NCBI GenBank assembly: GCA_052327205.1
Contig: CM126216.1
Location: 110,794,001 to 110,858,000 of the forward strand
DNA: 64,000 nt
Source of the DNA: Somniosus microcephalus
Taxonomy: Eukaryota
Direction of reading: 5' to 3'
Part shown: one piece after another, positions 23,604 through 36,385 of the stretch
How positions within the stretch are numbered: position 1 is the first letter of the stretch
How the letters are laid out: each line of letters opens with the position of its first letter
The notes under the pieces: model-generated
The model's database searches: none
Seen by the model: only the letters and a program-made list of their open reading frames with translations
Told to the model about the DNA's origin: nothing
Translations under genes and position numbers: made by a program

Positions 23604-25420
23604 GGGCTGAATTTTGCCAGCGCTCAGAGTACAGGTTTGGAAGCGGGTCCACCATCAAAAGCAAAATGATTGTCAGGGTTGGGAGCCCGCTGCGAACCCA
23701 CCTCCATGTAAGTTTCCAAATTGTTGGATCTGCGATTTCAGAACAGACCCGACACCAAGCGGTAGGGGAGGCATTTAAGATACTTAACTGCTTGTTAAGT
23801 GCTTGTTTACTACTTTTTTGCCAGCCTTTTTCACATTTTTAACGGGGTTCATGTCGTTCGGAGATCACGTCAGGTAAGTAGGTCGGGTTCTCTGTGTCTC
23901 CCCATTGCTGTGAATAGGTGACAGCTGCAAAAATGGTATGAAAGCTACCATTTCACAGCTGTTAACTTTCCAATGTCAGAAGTTTGAGCCTTCAGGACTT
24001 GGAAGACACTTTTGAGCTGTATGCAGTTTGGAAGTGTTTGGAGTAAACTCTCCATCCAGTGTCACCTCCTTGGAGCAAGCTCTCTCACCATTGACAGATC
24101 GCTTCTGTCATCTCAACTTCAGCTGCCATCTATTCCAGCAACATTGGTGCCTTTGAGAAAATCTCACCTTGGTCCTCTAAATCCCTCCACGATCAGCCCC
24201 AACACCAACATCACCAGGCACACCAACATCACCAACAACAATACCAACCTTCTCCGCAATCACCTGATGCTGCACAGGACACAGGGCATCAGCACCCGAC
24301 AGCATTGCTGCCCGGGAGGTCAGTGATGACATCACCATGGCCAGATTTACTTCACTTGACGCTGTACACCCTGGCTGCCACATGTTGCGCCAGGTTAACA
24401 CCATCCCACACCAGCACCAGAAAGCATCCCTACAATGTCCAAGCCATTCCTTTCACACTCATCACCAATGCGGGGGATACCATTATGTCTCATCATTCAC
24501 TGCAACTCACTAAGACACTTCCAAAGGTGAGCACAGATCTGTACAATAAGGGAAAGTGTTGAAAAAAAAATTTCAATGTTTGACAACACATTAACTGAAA
24601 ATTTACATGAACATTGCATAAAACACCCAAGTGGTTACCCTTGTGTGTTGTTAGTTGGTATGATTGCACTAGGATGAGGGTGCGTGTGAGGGCTGGCTAG
24701 TGAGATAGATGTTATGTTCATAAATAAATAGACATTCTTATTATGAACATTACAATGGGGAAGTGATAATGTAGATAGAGAGGGATGAGTGGAGATGCAC
24801 TGTAAGTTGGTGTGAGTAAGAATGTGCAGGAGTAAGGTAGGGAAGGCAGAGTTATGGGGATGTGATGAGTGGCACAGCAGGATGAGGTTGAGTATGGCTT
24901 TGCAGTAATGTTTCGTGATCTACTGAGATCAATTAAAGGTTTGCGCCACTGCAGCCAGGTTCTCCTGACGACATCCCTGCTTGTCTCCTCCTGTGCAATG
25001 TGCAACCAGGCTGCGTTGGTGTCCTGGGGCGGTCCTCTTCCGCCCTTGGAAGGGAAGATAACCTGCCTGCGTGCTGTGACTCCCTCCATAAGCATATGGA
25101 GGGAGTTATGCGAGAGCCTGGGTGCAGCCGTGCACCTTTGTGCAGTGATTGTCAGTGTTTGCAGCACCTCAATACTGCAGAACACTGACAGCACAACTGT
25201 CAAAATCAATGCAGCCGTGGTCCCTTTAAGGAAACTAGCTGATGACGCGTCATTTGATGTCATCAGACCCGCTTCCATTTAATTGGCCGGGAACCCCGCA
25301 GGGCGGGCTTAACAAGCCCTATTAACGGAAAATCCTTTTTACAGAGTGGCTGCAGCCGTGAGCGAGACCAGAACCCGCCAACCACCTCTCCCGCCACAAT
25401 TCCACCTCCATTGGCAAAAT
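23604..25420 (-). mobile_element. Second, degenerate internally deleted Harbinger element
   Basis: Left end GGGCTGAATTTTGCCA, partial right end TGGCAAAAT (25412-25420); Myb remnant AAPRLS..AAWLHIAQE..RTWLQWRKPLIDL on minus at ~24920-25130. Confidence 0.7.
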
Positions 25421-25608
25421 CGTGTTTGTTGCAATGTATTTACTTGGATCACAAAACCTTGTAATGTTTATTCAATGACCTCACGCTACCTGAGTCTGAG
25501 GGAAGTCTGAATCCAGTAAGTCAACAGGAATGAATAACTTTCACCCACTAAAATTGTGCAAACTATTCAAGGAATCGATAGTTAAGAAAGGAAGACTTGC
25601 ATTTATAT

Positions 25609-26018
25609 AACAACAACTTGTATTTGTATAGCACCTTTAACATAGTAAAATGTCCCAAGGCGCTTCACAGGAGTATTATAAGACAAAAAAATTTATACTG
25701 AGCCACATAAGGAGAAATTAAGGCAGATGACCAAAAGCTTGGTCAAAGAGGTAGGTTTTAAGGAGCGTCTTACAGGAGGAGAGAGGTAGAGAGGTGGAGA
25801 GGTTTAGGGAGGGAATTGCAGAGCTTAGGACCCAGGCAACAGAAGGCATGGCCACCAATGGTTGAGTGATTATAATTAGGGATGTTTAAGAGGGCAGAAT
25901 TAGAGGAGCGCAGATATCTCAGGGGATTGTGGACTGGAGGAGATTACAGAGATAGGGAGGGGCGAGGCCATGGAGAGCTTTGAAAACAAGGATGCAGATT
26001 TTGAAATCAAGGTGTTGC
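25609..26018 (-). mobile_element. L2 3' fragment inserted into a SINE tail
   Basis: Reverse complement of the 8725-9144 family; SINE tail at 25584-25608 and SINE body from ~26018. Confidence 0.85.
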
Positions 26019-26414
26019 TTTCATGACCTCAGGACATCCCAATGAAGTACTTTAGAAGTGGAGTCACTATTGTAATGTAGGAGACCCGGCAGCCAATTTG
26101 TGCACAGCAAGGTCCCACAAACAGCAATGGGATAAATGACCAGATAATCTGTTAGTGAGGCTGGTTGAGATATAAATATTGACCAGGACACAGGGATAAC
26201 TCCATTGCTCTTCTTCAAAATAGTGCCACGGGATCTTTTACGTCCACCTGAGATGGTAGGTAGGACCTTGGTCAAACAGTACCTCCAACAGTGCAGCATT
26301 CTCTCAGTCCTGCACTGGAGTGTCAGCCTAGATTGTGTGCTGTGGAGTGGGACCTGAACCCACAACCTTCTGAGGCAGAGATAAGAGTGCCATCCATTGA
26401 GTCACGGCTGACAC
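26018..26414 (-). mobile_element. Deu-core tRNA-derived SINE
   Basis: Minus-strand head GTCAGCCGTGACTCAATGG..GGTTCAGGTCCCACTCC; collinear with 10119-10532. Confidence 0.8.
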
Positions 26415-26539
26415 CGTGGAGATGTCAGGAGGTGTAGGAGAGAATCAAAAGTACATAACACAATCATATAGGATTCATAAACCGGCTGGCCTTTTTATTG
26501 TTTCATTAAGTCCCCCCTGCCTATTGTTCAATGTGTGAT

Positions 26540-27300
26540 GACACATCACCAATCTCATAATCTAGAATTTAAACGCAATGATTTAAAGGCCCGTGGAGAA
26601 ATCCTTTAGCAGGGAGGCATTCGTTAACTGTCAAGCCGTCCCCAGTATTGTGCCTATTTTATGAAATGACAAATGTCAAGGAGGGAACAAAAAGCAGCTA
26701 CACTTATATACCAGGTTCAGGGTGACATTGTGTAACTGTCTTGTACTTGCCTGATAGCCATCTATTATTACACTGAATGTATAAAATGCTATTGGACTAG
26801 AGCCACTTACTTCTGCATCTCTTGCTGTGCGCTCGTCAGCAGGCAGCTGTGTGAGGAAGAGGGCAATGGTGTTTAGTTCTATTACCCCGGCATAAACCCA
26901 CTTAAAGATGTTTCTCAAATGGAGGCGAATTAACTGACTAAACAGAAAAATATATTTAAGCACATTATCGCTGGTCAGGCTGTCATTCTGGGCATTGTAG
27001 CTCAATGATGGTCTCTCCTTGTTGCCATATCCCCAAAGGAAGTCCAATAATCTGGGCAATAGAATTATCTTCGATTCTACTGCATTTGGTTCATCATTGG
27101 CCAGGTTTTTTTTTTATAACGCGAACACATTAAATCTAGCGCAGAAAGTGACTCCATAATTCCTGGGGTTAATTTACTGTTGGATTACAATATTAACTCC
27201 AATGGTGAGATCATCCACTCTCTAACTGGTGTGCCTCACTTTGTAACGACGCTGGGAACACTTAAAATATCTCCGGGGTCATTGGAAAAATGATTAATAA
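26540..27300. promoter_or_regulatory. Putative conserved upstream Pax6 element
   Basis: Unique-sequence island between TEs with E-box CAGCTG and homeodomain/Meis motifs; conservation not tested. Confidence 0.45.
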
Positions 27301-27883
27301 GTTATTATTGTTGCACACTAGAGTGTTTTTTTCCTCGTTGTAGCCGTGGGTTAGAAAGGTTAACAACTGTCAGTGGATTCCGTTTTAGTGTTACGACATT
27401 CTCGGGCTATTGTCGCTTGCTTCATGCAAGGATAACGAAACCATCGCAAGTCAGAAGTAAGTTCATTTCCATTAGTGACAAATCCGGGATTTCAGTATAT
27501 TTGGCTCCGACCATTTGAAATGATACAAACGTGTAGTTAGTCTCTACAATCGACTTCTTGCTACAGTATGTCTTTGATTCGCGTCTTTATCTTCCCTGTC
27601 CACTCTATGCACTGTAACCACTTCTATGGATTATTATGAAGTGAATGTTGTATCTTTTCAGACGGGGTGATTTATCACCTTCCCTGGCTTTTTATATCTC
27701 AGGTGACAATATAGAGATTTTAAATCACAACTTAAAATATAAACTTTCATTTAGTAACGAAATTGACATCGAGCCTGAATTGTATGAAATTCTGATGCAG
27801 AAACTCCCTGATGTAAGCATATTTTATCCGTTCTAACATTCCCGGTTCAGTTCATTGGCACTACAAGCCTCTCTGTGAGCAAG

Positions 27884-28800
27884 TTACATAGAATTACATA
27901 GAATTTACACCACAGAAACAGGCCATTCGGCCCAACTGGCCTGTGCCGGTGTTTATGCTCCACACGAGCCTCCGGCCATTCTATGTTCTTCATCTCACAC
28001 TATCGAGATATCCTTTATCCCTTTCTCCCTCGTGTGTTTATCTAGCTTCCCCTTAAATGTATCTGTGCTATTCACCTAATAATAATAATTCAACTTTATT
28101 GTCATTGTACAATGCACAACGAAATGTGATCTTGCAAGCTCCCATGAGTCCAGTACAAATAACATTAACATTAAACGTAAATAGCACCGTCCTGGGAGAA
28201 GCAAAGCCACTGCGTCTGTGCACGCTGCCATTCCATTTCACCATTCCTCCTGTCCGACAATCTTCAGCCCAACCCCCAAGCCTGCTCACCAGCCGCCCCT
28301 CCCGTGACCTATCTGCACCTGGTCTTTCACCTGCTGGTCACCCCTCCAGGTACATAACCAGGCCTGGCTCTGCTTAGCTTCCAAGCATTGTAGGTTAGTG
28401 ACCCTGTCCCTAGTCCCAGGAACCTCAACTACTCCAAGCAAGTTCCACATGCTCACCACTCTTTGGGTAAAGAGGTTTCTCCTGAATTCCTTATTGGGTT
28501 TATTAGTGACTCTCTTATATTGATGGCCCCTAGTTCTGGTCTCCCCCACAAGTGGAAACAACTTCTCTACTTCTACCCTATTGAAACCCTTCATAATTTT
28601 AAATACCTCTATCAGGTCACCCCTCTGCCTTCTCTTTTCTAGAAAAGAGCCCCAGCCTGTTCGCTCTTTCCCGCTAGTTATATCCTCTCAGTTCTGGTAT
28701 CATCTTTGTTTATCCTTTTTGCACCTTCTCCAGTGCCTCTATATCCTTTATGTAATATATATGGAGACAAGAACTGTGCACAGTGCTCCAAGTGTGATCT
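27884..28800 (-). mobile_element. CR1 3' fragment interrupted by a SINE at 28078-28421
   Basis: (TACATAGAAT)2 tail; KLFPLVGETRTRGHQYK..RRNLFTQRVVSMWNLL remnant. Confidence 0.8.
28078..28421 (-). mobile_element. 5S rRNA-derived SINE (SINE3-like)
   Basis: Minus strand GGAAGCTAAGCAGAGCCAGGCCTGGTTATGTACCTGGAGGGGTGACC matches the 5S internal control region; tail CAATGACAATAAAGTTGAA(TTA)n; ACCT on both flanks. Confidence 0.8.
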
Positions 28801-29649
28801 TAGAAAGGCTCGATATACACTTAATTCATGCAGCGTAACTCACCTCCATCACAACCAGCAACTCAAAATATACACCTAACGTTTTAAAACATTGCAGGCA
28901 TACACACAGGAGATGTGTAAAAAGCTCCAATTCAATGTCTGGTTGATAAGGTCGACAATCAAATCAAACTTCTAAGATTATGATCTCTTTTCTAGAGAAA
29001 AGAGCCCCAGCCTGTTGTCTTTCCTGATAGTTCTGCCCTCTCAGTTCTGGTATCATTCTTGTAAAAAAAAATGCCATTCCTCCTATGCTTCTATACTCTT
29101 ATAATATGGAGGCATTGCATTTACCAGCATTCCACTGCAAATCTTCACCAGTGATGTAGTTGTGGCCACGAAACGATTTCCAAGTAGTCAATCTAGAATG
29201 TTCTGCCCGCGGAACAAACTGAATTTATTTTATTGATTTTGTTTTCTTTATTGGATTTTCACAGTTACAGTGAGGTCCTGCCTGTACTCTAGCCCTCGAT
29301 GTTCATGTATAAGAGCAGGAAAAACCACATCTGTACCCAACTGTGCATCGGAATGCTGCTTGATGCATCTAACTAGCTCCGAGTAAAAACATAATTCAAA
29401 AAAATGTTAAAACTTTTCTTAAACCCAACTACCATTATAAGTTGCAATCGGTTTAATCTAAAGAGAATGACAGAATGCACTTGAGGACGGAGGACGGTTG
29501 CTCTTTGCTCTTTAGATTGCTGAGCATGTACTATTAGACATCTACAATGCACCAGGGACATCAACTGAATCTGAGGCTTTCTTGCATTGAAGCCCAACAC
29601 ATTCTTGAAGTTACCCTGAGGTCAATAGTACATTGGTTTATTTGGTCTC

Positions 29650-30063
29650 CAGGTTGCCTAATGCTTCATTCGATTTCAAATTTCTCATCCTTGTTTTCAA
29701 ATCCCTCCGTGGCCTCACCCCTCCCTATCTCTGTAATCACCTCTTGCCTCACAACCCCCTGAGATATCTGCACTCCTCTAATTCTGCCCTCTTGAGCATC
29801 CCTGATTATAATCGCTCAACCATTGGTGGTGGTGCCTTCTGTTGCCTGGGCCCCAAGCTCTGGAATTCCCTCCCCAAACCTCTCCGCCTCTCCTCCTTTA
29901 AGACGCTCCTTAAAACGTATCTCTTTGACCAAGCTTTTGGTCACCTGCCCTAATTTCTCCTTATGTGGCTGGGTGTCAAGAAGTGTTGTCTTATAATACT
30001 CCTGTGAAGTGCCTTGGGACGTTTTAATTCTTAAAGGCGCTATATAAATACAAGTTGTTGTTG
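29650..30063 (+). mobile_element. L2 3' fragment
   Basis: FKFLILVFKSLRGLTPPYL..GPKLWNSLP..FKTLLKTYLFDQAF. Confidence 0.88.
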
Positions 30064-31049
30064 CTGATCAGTAATGGCGCATTCATAACTGTTATAGGCG
30101 CAGTAAGGTGGTGGTTATGCTGCTGGTGCTAGTTACCTCAAAGGTTGTAAGTTCAAATCCCACCATATCGAGTTATGAAGTTGAATCCAATAAATCGGGT
30201 CTTTTTTGGGGGGGCTAGCACCTGGTTGATCTCCAGATGATCTGAAGATAAGGCGCTAATTATGACCTTATTGGCTGGTAAAAATGCTATATTGCTTGGC
30301 ATAGTTATTACAGTAATCTGCGTGATGTAATTGAGCATTACTTTACGATTACCACCTTCCTAGCTCAGGCCAATATATTAACCTCACCGACAGGCGTTTG
30401 TAAAGTGTGCACAAGGATAGGGAAACACACCAATAATTCTTGGCGTTATTTTGATAACGACGACATTGCAACTATAAGCCAAGAACACGTTAAGGGAGAT
30501 TGTTAAAGGCACGTGCAGTGGGTATGAATGGCCCTGTGATCTATAGGGGACGTTTTAGATGCATGTCGGGGTAGAGGTGCGGAATAAAACGGATTCGTCC
30601 AACAGTTACAACTAAAGTTACCCACATTGATAGTTTTACGTGCTGTTGAGAGTGCTGTAGTGTGGTATTGTGTACAAGGCTTGGTCCAGTAACCGGCGGT
30701 GGACGGGTAGAAATATCGGACAGGTGCACAGAACACGAGGAGAATAGATACAGATCCACTATAAGGAGTCCTGATCTGGTTCGCACACTCACAGGAGCCC
30801 TTCGCTTTACCGGTGCCGGCGGGTACTGCATCCGGGGAACTGGGTCAGAACGGTAAGTTTTAGAAGCTAGCTAATTAAGTGCTATTTTCAAATATGCGAG
30901 GGCATTTCCCCTTAATGTATAATCGGGATGGATCGTTGATTCTGTGTCAGGTTCTGAACGACCTGCTTGCAATGTTTGCGTTTAGTTGGTGTCTTGTCAA
31001 CTAGCAGCATGCCAAACATGCTAACTCCCTCTCCCTGTCTCTGTCCTGG

Positions 31050-31260
31050 CAGAAAAATGACAAATGTGCTGTTTTATCCATACAATTTATTTCATTATTG
31101 TTTCCAGCACCATGAATCATAATCAATCACAGGGAAGTCCAGTTGGCAGGTGTCAATCTTGATATTTTTTTGTGTGTCTCCGTCTATATTTAATCCAATT
31201 ACAAGGGTCAAGAAGTAAGTGCAAATCCCCTTGTTACAGCTCACTTGTTATTCCCGATTT
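31050..31260 (+). promoter_or_regulatory. Pax6 pancreatic (P) enhancer orthologue
   Basis: CATTATTGTTTCCAGCAC..ATCAATCA (Pbx, 31122-31129)..GGAAGTCCAGTTGGCAGGTGTCAATCTTG (Meis/Prep)..TTTAATCCAATTA, as recalled from the mouse element. Confidence 0.75.
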
Positions 31261-31369
31261 ATGGTAAAAGTTAAACATGATCATATTTGAGTTTTTGGGG
31301 AGGGGGGGAGCGGGGGGGGGGGGCAATAATTTCGGATCTGAGCATACAGAGAGAGAGAGCGCCGCCGCG

Positions 31370-31590
31370 CCTTTCATTAAACAGGTGTTCTTTGGTCGTT
31401 AATGGAATATTTATGAGTGTTTATGTGTAAATGAATCATCTTGTTATTTCCTAAAGGAGAGGGAGGCTTTAATGATGGAGGCTGTGTCTCGGCTCACTGC
31501 GCTTTCGGCTCCAATTGTAGATCGAACTCAGCCCTTGTCACGCCGGGAAGCAGTGAATCTATAACATACAGGACGTGCCTGTCCACATAC
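31370..31590 (+). promoter_or_regulatory. Pax6 ectodermal (lens/cornea) enhancer EE orthologue
   Basis: GGCTTTAATGATG..CAATTGTAGATCGAA..CCTTGTCA (Meis, 31535-31540)..GTGAATCTATAACATACAGGACGTGCCTGTC matches the recalled mouse EE core. Confidence 0.85.
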
Positions 31591-31865
31591 AGCAAGTTGC
31601 ATTCAATCAGCCCCGGGGAATACGGCTAATGCTTCAGCCCAAAAAAAAACCCGGCATGGGGAGAGAGAAAAAAAAATCAAAGACTGTAGCCAGGCTTATT
31701 AAAAAATGTGCAGGCAAGTAACTAAGAATATAGGATAGCCACGTGAAACAAAGTTTGCAGACACATCAAAAGCGTGTCGAGCCCCTTCGAGCAACACCAA
31801 TTGCATATAAAGAGAAAATAGGATTTGCAAAAGTCAGCCAGATAGTATTCATGTGATTTTACACA

Positions 31866-31889
31866 TGTGTGTGTGTGTGTGTGTGTGTG
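31866..31889. repeat. (TG)n microsatellite
   Basis: Direct observation. Confidence 0.95.
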
Positions 31890-34800
31890 AACCTGAGTGG
31901 ATGTTTAAACACGAAATAACGCGACACATGCAGGAGAGCACCTGAACCTCGAGCGCTCGATCAGGAAGGTTATTATTTGGCGAGTCGATGTTTGTCTGGG
32001 AAATCACTTGTCATTTGGATTGGCAGCTGTCAGTCATTAGCAATTGCTTGTCAGTGTCTGGTTACTGAAGGGAATCATATAATAATGCAACAGCTCGTGC
32101 AGAACAGTATGAGACTCACAGCCACACTGGCAGCAAGAACACTGGGATATCAGAGCCAAACTTAGATTTCTCCAAGTGGCGCTAAGCAACGCTCTTTTTG
32201 CTTGTTCACAATAACCCGTCAGGGCAATTTGTACTCGATTAACGGGCGCCAACATCGAATGCAATTTTTAAAAGCCCGCCGTTTGTTATATGTTAAAATA
32301 ACAGGGGCACATAATAAATAGTTTAATTTCACTTTAGAACTGGCTTCGATTTCCCAACTTAAAACGAATTATTTAAATAGCCCTTGCGTTTGGCAAAAGG
32401 TAAGGCAAAGAGGTGGGAAATTTGCATGATAATTGGGCGCAGTATTTTGTAACCGGACACCCGTTTTTAACACGGCCCCCCCCCACCCCGATCCTTTCAT
32501 GCACCGCGTATCAGGTTAAAGTGATACAAATTTCCTGAAATCACAAGCGGGCAGCTGATATTAAACCAACTAATGTTGACCAGTTCCTTGATTGTTGCTG
32601 ATAATAACTGCCTCAAACACATTTGTGAAGCTAGGGGAACACATTCTAACATGGAGAGAAGAACATCTTTGCAAATGACCGGTTCAATGCAAAGCAATTG
32701 ATTAAGTTATAATGGAATCCGCCGATTGCAATGCGGTTAACAGTAAATGCCGATCAACCCCTGACTGTAAAACATGTCCCACCGTCCGAACTCACCCCAG
32801 GAACCACAACTCGCAGTGATTGGAGGGCCGGTGTCATTTTAGGACTGTTGCATTCGATTGTCCGCATTTTATTTTTCGTTCCCGTTGCTGCTTTCACTAA
32901 AGGAAAGAAGCGAGGGGGAGGAAAGTGTCCCGATCCTCACTGTCGCTTTCTGCAGGATCGATTCTCAAAGCTTCCACCCTCCTCCGTTTGAAATACCGAC
33001 CGTGAATTTCCACCCCGGACTTTCTAAACCAAGCAGATGGACTCCCAGCCCTGAAACAAACAGCAATTGTTTGCATGCCGGGGTTTTTTTTTAGAGAAAG
33101 ACTCAAAACAAAACGAGTTTGGAGTCGGCAGATTTTTTTAAAAATAAGAAACTTATATAAAGATCACCTCGGTTTCTTTTGCAGCTAGATTGAGGGAGAC
33201 CCAGGGTTGTTAGCGCCACCGTGCCTTAGTAATATCTACTCGTGAGCTTATTACTGTTGCTCGGGGTCGACTTCGATTTCGCATCACTCTTACAGTATTA
33301 GTTTGGGGGCATTACTTGCTGTGTGTAACTAGAGGGGTTTCAGGAATGCCCCCCACTCAGGGAGGAAGAGTCCAGTCAAATTCAGCGACCCGGGAGGGAG
33401 GGAGGGAGGGGGTGGGAAGAGGAACTTTCGGATTACTGCACTGATAGAGTTAATTATTGTTTGAAGACTATAAAACGGCTCTTTCATTTAGTTATGCATT
33501 GACGTTGCCTGCTTTAGTATGTAAAGGTGCGATTCTTTAAATGGGTCTAGTCTACTTTACCTCACCTGTCCACGATTCGGTTCCACATTTCGTTGCTACC
33601 CATCTCGTTTTGCAAACACACCTTTGAGTACAATTCCACTTTTTCTAACCACTCCCGGCAAATTGGATTATTTTTTGGGGGGTGGGGGGACTTCCTTCTG
33701 TACATGTGTCCAACCCACTCGCACGGGTTTAGCCATCTTTTTATTTTTGCTGTGAGTTTTAGTACGCGCGGGCCGGGTTCCCGATGTTACTGAAACTGCG
33801 TGAACAGGCAGGTTAATTATTTAAATTTCTGTGAAGTATCCTGCACCTCATGTTAAGAATGCCAGAATTAAAGAGACAGACGCTTTCTTTTTTTGTTGGT
33901 TAGCCCGAATGCACAACGCTTGTACATTGTCACATTCAGATGACATCATATCGAGCACCTTACAAATGTAGCTTTTCCTTTTCTTAGTCACATAAAGGAG
34001 TCAGAAATCCTGCAGAAATCAGACGGCGTTATTGGAGATATTTTGCCACGCTCAACTTTTAAAACAGGAAGTGGAGGCATTTCAGTGCATTCGCTGGAGA
34101 CGTGATTTTCTTTCATCGTTACCAACTGAAGACCAAAGCCGACTTAAAAATGCACTAGGTCATTTTAAAATGCGCTTTAAAAGAGCAATACAGGCACCCC
34201 GCGCAAAAAGCAAATCGAACAAACTGGTATTCTTTTCAGTGAAGTGACATCAGATAAAGACACTTCAGAACACCAAGAGAACATCTTAAACTCGTTGCCT
34301 GTTTGCTGCAGTATTGCACATGTCCTGCCAGCTAAGGGAATGTCTTCTATTTATTTATATGAACCTGCTCAAAATCCGCAGTATATACATAACGAACAGG
34401 CGATTTGGAAATGCTAATTCCTGCAGATTCAATGACACGTAATTGTGTCCCAAATACTCCACACTTGTGATACAGCTTTGATGCTGCCATGTAAATTCTC
34501 CTCAACTAAAGACAATCAATTTCCACCCGACATAGCACACTGTTCACTGCACCCACTGGGGACTTGCAAATGTACAATAGGGTCCTGAGTTGGCATCTTT
34601 CAGTCCCACCATAAAGCGAGGTACAAGAATTACATCCTTTATGGACAAGATATGCCAGAATATCATTGTTTATTTAATCCGGAAGACAAAAGCTTGTCTT
34701 AAGGTATTATTTTATGATTCAATATACGAGCTTATTAAAATAATCAGCAGCAGCCAAAAAAAATCATGTGGTTATCTAAGGTAACTCATTTTTAATATAT

Positions 34801-36184
34801 AAAGTAACGACAGAATTGACGCTGTAAATTACACAGTCGCAATTCACCCGTTTGGATAAAATTACTAATAGCATCTGAGGCAGCTAGTGCTCTGGATAGG
34901 TGCATAACAGTAGCATCCCATTGGTGTCATCTTAAATAAAAATTGCCCCATGTTATATCTAATGCTTTCTTTCCAAATGCAACCTCGGTGCATGACTTTT
35001 GACACACGCAACAACAACAAAAAACCCAGATGAAACAGCCCATGTTTGGAACACCACATCAACGAGCAGTTAGCATCCGCTCTCTCTGACACCTATCCAC
35101 TGTTAAACCCCCAAATCAACTTATCAAATGCTCATGATGTAGGCCGTGTAAACAAGCTTGCGCTCTGGCGACGGGTCTGGCGGCACAGATTGGTTCACGG
35201 GTGAGCTCCTTTTGGAGTTGTGCAGTGTGAAGAGGGCAAGGCAACACCTGGCTGTGTTTTAGTGGCGCTCGCCTTTGCTGAGAGACAGATAAGGAGCGGC
35301 CGTGGCGTTGCCAGCGTTCCTTCGAGCACCGTGGTCGGTTGCACGGTTTCACAGTCCCCCTAATAGCAACGGGTTGGATCATTAGCGAAACACCTTTTCC
35401 TGACAGTTCCCCTTTTTAAAAAAAATCTGTTAAAACCTTATCCACTCACTTCCTGCCATACTTGCCAACATATTGTTCCACCAAACCCACGGCGGGAGCA
35501 AACACCACTTGCTTCAGTTTCCTTCCTAACATTGCAAACACACACACACACACACATTTATTTTAAAACACCCATTACTTCATTTACACCGACTTAAAAA
35601 AAATCAAAACTTGATAAATGATCCTACCTTCAATAAAAACCAGGAGCAGCGTGGAGCACTTTCCTTACACCTGAATTTGGGATAATGAATATTCTCCCGT
35701 TACTATAGAAAAAACAAACATTGTAACCGGTTGTATAGATCCTCTATGAATGAGAGATTTTATATATATATATATTAAAAAGATCAGGGACCGAGAGTCT
35801 TTTCACTGTAACATGCCCAAATGGCTCAGGTTTGTTCTCCAGTCCTTCAATGCAACTTTCACAGCGATACTGAAACTCGCTGGGAACACGCAGTTGCCGA
35901 ATCAGGACTGTGCAAAGCGGTACACGCGTGAAGATAATTTCCCTGGAATGTTTAGTTATAAACGGTAAACCGTGGCTGAGAACGGGCGGTGTGAGGGCAG
36001 ATCCTAATAAATTATTTACTCGGCAAAATGTGTGTAAATAATGGTCTATCTGAAAATCAGTAACACTGTACTGGAACTGCACGGGAAGTATGATAGTGTG
36101 ATAGTTGAAATGTACAGTCTGACAACAATCGTTAAAAATGTGCATATTAGAATACAGCTATCAATAGATCCACATACATATTTG

Positions 36185-36385
36185 TTTATATATATATGTG
36201 TGTGTTTGTATATATGACTGAGTATATGAGTATATATATATAAGTGAGTGTATATATATATATATGTGTATGTACATATGTGTGTGTATGTATATATGAC
36301 TGTGTGTGAGTGTATGTGCAGACACAGTCACAGGACACACAGGACACGCGTACAGGGCACATACAGACATATACGTGCACGCGTG
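36185..36385. repeat. Degenerate (TA)/(TG) low-complexity tract
   Basis: Direct observation. Confidence 0.85.

Noticed and set aside
28307-28382. 5S rRNA gene
   Set aside because: Lacks the 5S 5' part, is diverged, and sits in a tailed insert with flanking duplication
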